From Candidatus Poribacteria bacterium (lineage in GTDB: Bacteria > Poribacteria > WGA-4E > WGA-3G), in assembly GCA_965205015.1 (NCBI GenBank), contig OZ242029.1:3392001-3456000 (forward strand): a stretch of DNA of 64,000 nt. Direction: 5' to 3'. This document shows, piece by piece, positions 59,229 through 64,000 of the stretch. The translations under genes and the position numbers were made by a program. Numbering within the stretch: position 1 is the stretch's first letter; every line of letters begins with the position of its first letter. The notes under the pieces are model-generated. The model had not been told where the DNA came from. It did no database searches and saw nothing but the letters and a program-made list of their open reading frames with translations.

Positions 59229-59777
59229 TTATGGCTTTTGCATAACGAGATCGCTGTAGGAAACAGCAATTGGGGCCACAACATCTAAATGAAGTACGTC
59301 TTTGACGTGTTGATGCTCATCTATCGCCTCGGCTTCGGTTTGTCCCTGAAACACCGTCTCCAATTCGATAAATTGTCCTAAATTAGCAACCGTATCGAGG
59401 TGGATGCGGGTGTGATTGAACATCCAGACGTCCCGTTGTTTTTTTACAATTGTTTTGACCCCGAGTGCAACAGTTAGCAAGCCTTTGAGGGACCCCGGAT
59501 CGGCAATTTCACAGAGTTGGTATTGACTGTAGCGGGAGCCATCTTGGTTTGGACGCTCATAATAAATGAGCCATCCCTCAGACCATCCTTTCGCTTCGCG
59601 CAACTTGAGCCGCGGCTCAGATGTTTCTGATCCCAAAGCGTCTTTTACGTGCGTCACATGGAAATACGTATCAATTTGGTGTACGGTTTCATGATGTGTC
59701 GCATTTAAGGTAGCCAACCGTGGGTACAGTCCGTCAAGCGACTGAAACTGTGCTTTGAATTCTAAATTTTTTGCCAT
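59229..59777 (-). CDS. CYTH-domain protein (class IV adenylate cyclase-like)
   Basis: NLEFKA, Q.DTYF, RLKLRE, VKK.R, IHLD.V..LG.FIELE, SYSDL. Confidence 0.9.
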   Translation of the reverse strand: MAKNLEFKAQFQSLDGLYPRLATLNATHHETVHQIDTYFHVTHVKDALGSETSEPRLKLREAKGWSEGWLIYYERPNQDGSRYSQYQLCEIADPGSLKGLLTVALGVKTIVKKQRDVWMFNHTRIHLDTVANLGQFIELETVFQGQTEAEAIDEHQHVKDVLHLDVVAPIAVSYSDLVMQKP

Positions 59778-59778
59778 G

Positions 59779-60378
59779 TCATTCGATTTCTCCGAAGTCT
59801 TCATCGGACTGGAAACTATCGACACACGATCGGTTGCAGGGCTCTCCATGTGCTAACAACCAGCAGACGCTATGCTTCAATTTAAGCGAGCTGATGAGAC
59901 AGGTGCGCAACTGTTCTGGATCAAAATCGCGCCCTACCAAAAAACTGTAACTGCCCCAACGCATTGCTTCTCGGCCCCTGCTATTGTTCGGAAGAATCGG
60001 AACGATCTTAACGTAAGGTTGATATCTGTTAACATATTCAAATAGTCGCGACCGCGAACGACGGGTGCAGTCCGCAATGATCATCCGATATTTGCGGAGC
60101 TTCAGTAAACCGATGGCTTCCGAGGTCCGCTCAGGAATATCGCACCCGTAGCCTTCGGAGCGGAGCAGATTTCTCACCTTGTCGTGTAAATCGTCGTTCC
60201 GCGAAACGAGCATCACATCGCCTTCCAGTTCAGAGACAGTGAAATCCTCCTGAATATCAAGAGGGATGAGTGCCTCTTCTACTTGTCGGTCAAGCCGCCT
60301 ACGTGCCTGTCGCATCCGATCCTCTACGCGATCAAGTCTATCATCTAAGTCTGGGAGTGGATTAAAAAATTTTCTCAT
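59779..60378 (-). CDS. Hypothetical protein with a degenerate receiver-like domain
   Basis: N-terminal coiled coil; LLRSEGY, EAIGLL, MIIAD, REAMRWG pattern. Confidence 0.65.
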   Translation of the reverse strand: MRKFFNPLPDLDDRLDRVEDRMRQARRRLDRQVEEALIPLDIQEDFTVSELEGDVMLVSRNDDLHDKVRNLLRSEGYGCDIPERTSEAIGLLKLRKYRMIIADCTRRSRSRLFEYVNRYQPYVKIVPILPNNSRGREAMRWGSYSFLVGRDFDPEQLRTCLISSLKLKHSVCWLLAHGEPCNRSCVDSFQSDEDFGEIE

Positions 60379-60662
60379 TTCATTTATTTTTCATTTTTCG
60401 TTGGGACCAATATCTACACGCAAAAGATACTAATTGGAAAACATATAAGTAATTTTAGCGCACTTTATGCCATATATCAAGGGATTTTTGTTGATAAAAA
60501 CTGCGGGATCCTCTAAAATCTCAATAACAGTTGTCAGTTATCGGCAGTCAGTCTTTCTTCTTAGCCAAAGATCGCAAGCCTGAAACGTAGTGGAAGGCGA
60601 CTCTATGGAAATAACTATCAATGCTCAAACCGACTTCATTAAACCGCAAGGAAAATTAAAAA

Positions 60663-61712
60663 GTGTCTATACCACAACTGCCCGTTCCTTCACATTTCGA
60701 TGTTGATCAGGTGAGCCAAGTCTGGCGGATTCCGTATCAAGAACGCCAAGGTGAGGCACAGGCATGGGCACAGGAGCATGCAATCCGTCCCGCATTCGAG
60801 GATAACTTTCGGACCTGCTTGCTGCTTGTTGATGTCCAAAATACATTCTGTATCCCCGATTATGAGCTCTTCGTCGGGGGTAGGTCAGGAAATGGTGCGG
60901 TAGAAGACAATATCCGTTTGTGTCAATTTATCTATCGTAACCTCTCGCGTATCACCAAAATCGCTTGCACGCTGGACACACATACAGCGATGCAGATATT
61001 CCACGAGGTCTTCTGGATTAACGATGCCGGTGAGCACCCAGCCCCTCTACAGACACTGATGACACAGGCTGATATTGAGGCAGGCAAATGGCGCGTCAAT
61101 CCGGCTGTCGTCGGTAGTCTAAATCTCCCGCCCCAAGTTCCGGAATCCAATCCATACGCATGGTTAAAGGCGTACGGTGAACACTACGTTAAAACCCTCA
61201 CCGCCGATGGCAAGTATCCACTCGCGATATGGCCCTACCATGCAATGCTCGGCGGGATTGGGCATGCGGTTGTCTCTGCGGTTGACGAAGCCTGCTTTTT
61301 CCACGCCATCGCTCGCAGGACGCAAATACATTATGAGATCAAAGGGCAGAATCCATTGACTGAAAACTATTCCGTCTTGCGTCCGGAAGTCTTGGATGAT
61401 CCTGATGGAATGCCGATTGATCGAAAAAACAGTGCCTTTCTCCAAACGCTTCTCGGATACGACCGCGTAATTATCGCTGGACAGGCAAAGAGCCACTGTG
61501 TCGCTTGGACGGTTAGCGATCTGCTTACAGAAATTCAGCAAACGGACACGGAATTAGCCAAGAAAATCTATCTGGTAGAGGACCTGACTTCACCCGTTGT
61601 TGTGCCTGGGATCGTGGACTACACAGAACCTGCAGACGAAGTTTTCGCCAAGGTTTCAGATGCCGGAATGCACGTGGTGCAATCAACTGAACCGATTGAG
61701 CGTTGGACTTAG
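60663..61712 (+). CDS. Isochorismatase/nicotinamidase-like cysteine hydrolase
   Basis: LLLVDVQNTFC, TLDTH, IWPYH, KG, IAGQAKSHCV. Confidence 0.88.
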   Translation: MSIPQLPVPSHFDVDQVSQVWRIPYQERQGEAQAWAQEHAIRPAFEDNFRTCLLLVDVQNTFCIPDYELFVGGRSGNGAVEDNIRLCQFIYRNLSRITKIACTLDTHTAMQIFHEVFWINDAGEHPAPLQTLMTQADIEAGKWRVNPAVVGSLNLPPQVPESNPYAWLKAYGEHYVKTLTADGKYPLAIWPYHAMLGGIGHAVVSAVDEACFFHAIARRTQIHYEIKGQNPLTENYSVLRPEVLDDPDGMPIDRKNSAFLQTLLGYDRVIIAGQAKSHCVAWTVSDLLTEIQQTDTELAKKIYLVEDLTSPVVVPGIVDYTEPADEVFAKVSDAGMHVVQSTEPIERWT

Positions 61713-61770
61713 ACAAACAGTCGCGAAGCACCACGCGCGACGCCAGAACAAAATAGGGAGGAGATCCGCT

Positions 61771-63033
61771 ATGGAGAATAGACAGACAGAATTGGGAACC
61801 TTCGCGCGATTGTCAGGGATGATGTTTCTGCAGTTCGCGATATGGGGCGCGTGGGCAGTGCTCATTGCGGGGCACATGCAAAATCTTGGATTCTCCGGTA
61901 AACAGATTAGTTACGTCTTCGGGACGACTGCTATCGGTTCGATAATTTCTCCGATCATCGCGGGCTGGGTTGCCGATCGACTCATGCCGGCGCAAGTCTT
62001 TGCCGCGATCTCGCACCTCCTTGGCGGTGTCTGCTTGCTTTTCGCGTGGAAGCAGACAAGTTTCCCGATGATGTGGGGCGCAATTTTCCTGCACGCCGTT
62101 CTCTATATGCCAACGATCGCGCTGACGAACGCAATCGCTTTCCATCACATGGGACAGTCGGATAAGTTCGGAAACATACGCGTCTTCGGGACCCTCGGCT
62201 GGATCGCGATTAATTGGATATTGAGTCTATATCTCCGATTCTGGGAAGGACAAGAGACAACGCTGCCGCACGTTGGGGATTGCCTTCTCTTTGGAGCCGT
62301 CCTTTCGTTTATTATGGGCGCCTACTGCCTGACGCTGCCGAATACGCCGCCGAGCAAAGCGGCAAAAAATCCTTACGCCTTTCTTGAAGCGTTCTCCCTT
62401 GTTTCAAACCGAAACTTCGCCGTGCTACTGATTATCTCCTTTGTTGTTGCTATTGAACTCCCCTTCTATTACAATTTGACGTATCTGTTTCTAATCGAGG
62501 TAGAACACGGGGTTGGGTTAGCAGATAGTACTGCCAATTTAGCGATGAGCCTCGGTCAAGTCGCCGAAGTTCTCCTGATGATCCTTCTATTTCCGTGTCT
62601 GCGGCGGTTTGGCATGCGGTTCACTATCTTTCTGGGTATCCTCGCGTGGCCCGTTCGTTATGCCATCTTCGCCATTGGGCATCCGGTATGGTTGGTCGTC
62701 GGGGCGCAAACATTACACGGTATCTGTTACTCATTCTTCTTCGTCGGTGGGATGATCGCTGTGGAGCGGCTAAGTCCAAAAGATATCCGGGCGAGTTCGC
62801 AATCACTACTCCTCTTCGTCACGAATGGATTCGGGATGTTAGTAGGACATATTGTCAGCGGACGTGTTCATGACTTCTTTGCGTATGCCGAAGGTGGACA
62901 CGCGTGGGCAAAAATCTTTATGGTGCCGATCGTCGTAACAGTGCTTGCTGCAATCGTCTTCATTCTGCTATTCAACGAACAGAAATATCAGTCGGATGCA
63001 GATGCAATCGAACAAGACACTGCCAGCACGTAA
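61771..63033 (+). CDS. MFS nucleoside:H+ symporter family transporter (NupG/XapB-like)
   Basis: MMFLQFAIWGAW, YMPTIALTN, IRVFGTLGWI, LTLPNTPP, GQVAE; GGAGG RBS. Confidence 0.9.
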   Translation: MENRQTELGTFARLSGMMFLQFAIWGAWAVLIAGHMQNLGFSGKQISYVFGTTAIGSIISPIIAGWVADRLMPAQVFAAISHLLGGVCLLFAWKQTSFPMMWGAIFLHAVLYMPTIALTNAIAFHHMGQSDKFGNIRVFGTLGWIAINWILSLYLRFWEGQETTLPHVGDCLLFGAVLSFIMGAYCLTLPNTPPSKAAKNPYAFLEAFSLVSNRNFAVLLIISFVVAIELPFYYNLTYLFLIEVEHGVGLADSTANLAMSLGQVAEVLLMILLFPCLRRFGMRFTIFLGILAWPVRYAIFAIGHPVWLVVGAQTLHGICYSFFFVGGMIAVERLSPKDIRASSQSLLLFVTNGFGMLVGHIVSGRVHDFFAYAEGGHAWAKIFMVPIVVTVLAAIVFILLFNEQKYQSDADAIEQDTAST

Positions 63034-63046
63034 TTGAGGTGACGTT

Positions 63047-64000
63047 ATGACAACTCACAAAACGCTCGAGTTTCATCCCACTGGGAGCCGCTTAACGGTG
63101 TCAGCACATCAGAATTGGCGCATCACCGTCTCCACTCATGCTACCGCTTCTGAAAAATACGCCGCCGAAGAGTTCCAAAAATGGTTTAACCAAGCAACCC
63201 GGTTGGCGTTACCTTTAGATACCACGGACAAGGGCGGGCAAATCACAATCGGCGCCTCCCCTACGCTGGGCGCTGAAGCCCTCGAAATCACTGTGGATGA
63301 CAGTCGGATTCAGATTAGGGGGGGCAAACCGCGGGGGGTACTCTACGCTGTGTATCAGTTTCTTGAAGAATTGGTCGGCATCCGGTTCTTAACTGCTGAT
63401 CATGCTTATATCCCCGATGCATCTACCCTGCGAATACCGTGTGGAAGTTACGTCTACTCCCCACCTTTTTCGTTCCGGTGGAGTTACTACCGAGAGAACT
63501 CGGAAGTCCCGGCATTCGCGGCGAAACGAAAAATTAACACCGTCACGGATGCAGAGAACCTCGGTGGGAAAACCCAACAGCAGCTGATCAACCATTCATT
63601 TCATGCATTAGTGCCTTACAACACGTATGGCAAAAGTCATCCTGAGTATTACGCCCTCGTAGACGGAAAACGGGATACGGATACACACGGCGGCGGACCC
63701 CAGTTGTGCGTAACGAATCCGGATGTTATTGAAATTGCTGCGGAATCCGCAATTCAGCAACTCACAGAACGTCCGGAAGCCACGAATATCAGTGTGAGTC
63801 AAGCCGATACGGCGGCCTATTGTCGGTGTGAACCGTGTGAGGCACTCAATGAAGCGGAAGGCTCGCCAATGGGATCACAGTTGACATTTGTCAATGCCGT
63901 CGCAGCGCGGATTGAGAAAGTGCATCCGCAGGTCAAGGTCGGTACCTTGGCGTATTGGTACACCCGCAAACCCCCGAAGACGGTGACACCCCGACACAAC
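63047..64000 (+). CDS. DUF4838-type protein with a GH67/GH20-like N-terminal domain (3' end outside window)
   Basis: GAGG RBS and ATG; EKYAAEEF, GGKPRGVLYAVYQFLE, HPEYYAL..GKR, QLCVTNP, C.CE.C; frame open to the window end. Confidence 0.82.
   Translation, partial: MTTHKTLEFHPTGSRLTVSAHQNWRITVSTHATASEKYAAEEFQKWFNQATRLALPLDTTDKGGQITIGASPTLGAEALEITVDDSRIQIRGGKPRGVLYAVYQFLEELVGIRFLTADHAYIPDASTLRIPCGSYVYSPPFSFRWSYYRENSEVPAFAAKRKINTVTDAENLGGKTQQQLINHSFHALVPYNTYGKSHPEYYALVDGKRDTDTHGGGPQLCVTNPDVIEIAAESAIQQLTERPEATNISVSQADTAAYCRCEPCEALNEAEGSPMGSQLTFVNAVAARIEKVHPQVKVGTLAYWYTRKPPKTVTPRHN

Overview
Bacterial chromosomal window of about 50% GC. Its style suggests a Candidatus Poribacteria-like sponge symbiont (inference from C-terminal '(L)TTTWAALK' and 'LLANYPNPFNPETWIPY' tails, cohesin/dockerin, ankyrin, WD40 and TPR proteins). 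The housekeeping core is a 6-tRNA operon followed by tig-clpP-clpX-lon-S4-pdxA and a 2190-aa C25 (gingipain/PorU-like) peptidase, plus purE, a xylonate dehydratase-family gene, a MacB-like permease/adaptor cluster and an ElbD-like ether-lipid megasynthase with a HAD phosphatase. An accessory island at 52.7-58.2 kb holds a MTase-HNH fusion, a low-GC DUF2971-like gene, an IS3 remnant interrupted by an ORF-less group II intron, and an intact TnpB element. The most unusual signals are non-coding: (1) an 83-nt pseudoknotted leader RNA with clear covariation, present twice, upstream of tnpB and of an unrelated gene; (2) a fixed-length ~86-nt leader element ending at the start codons of several unrelated genes; (3) several palindromic repeat families that occur both between genes and in-frame inside proteins.
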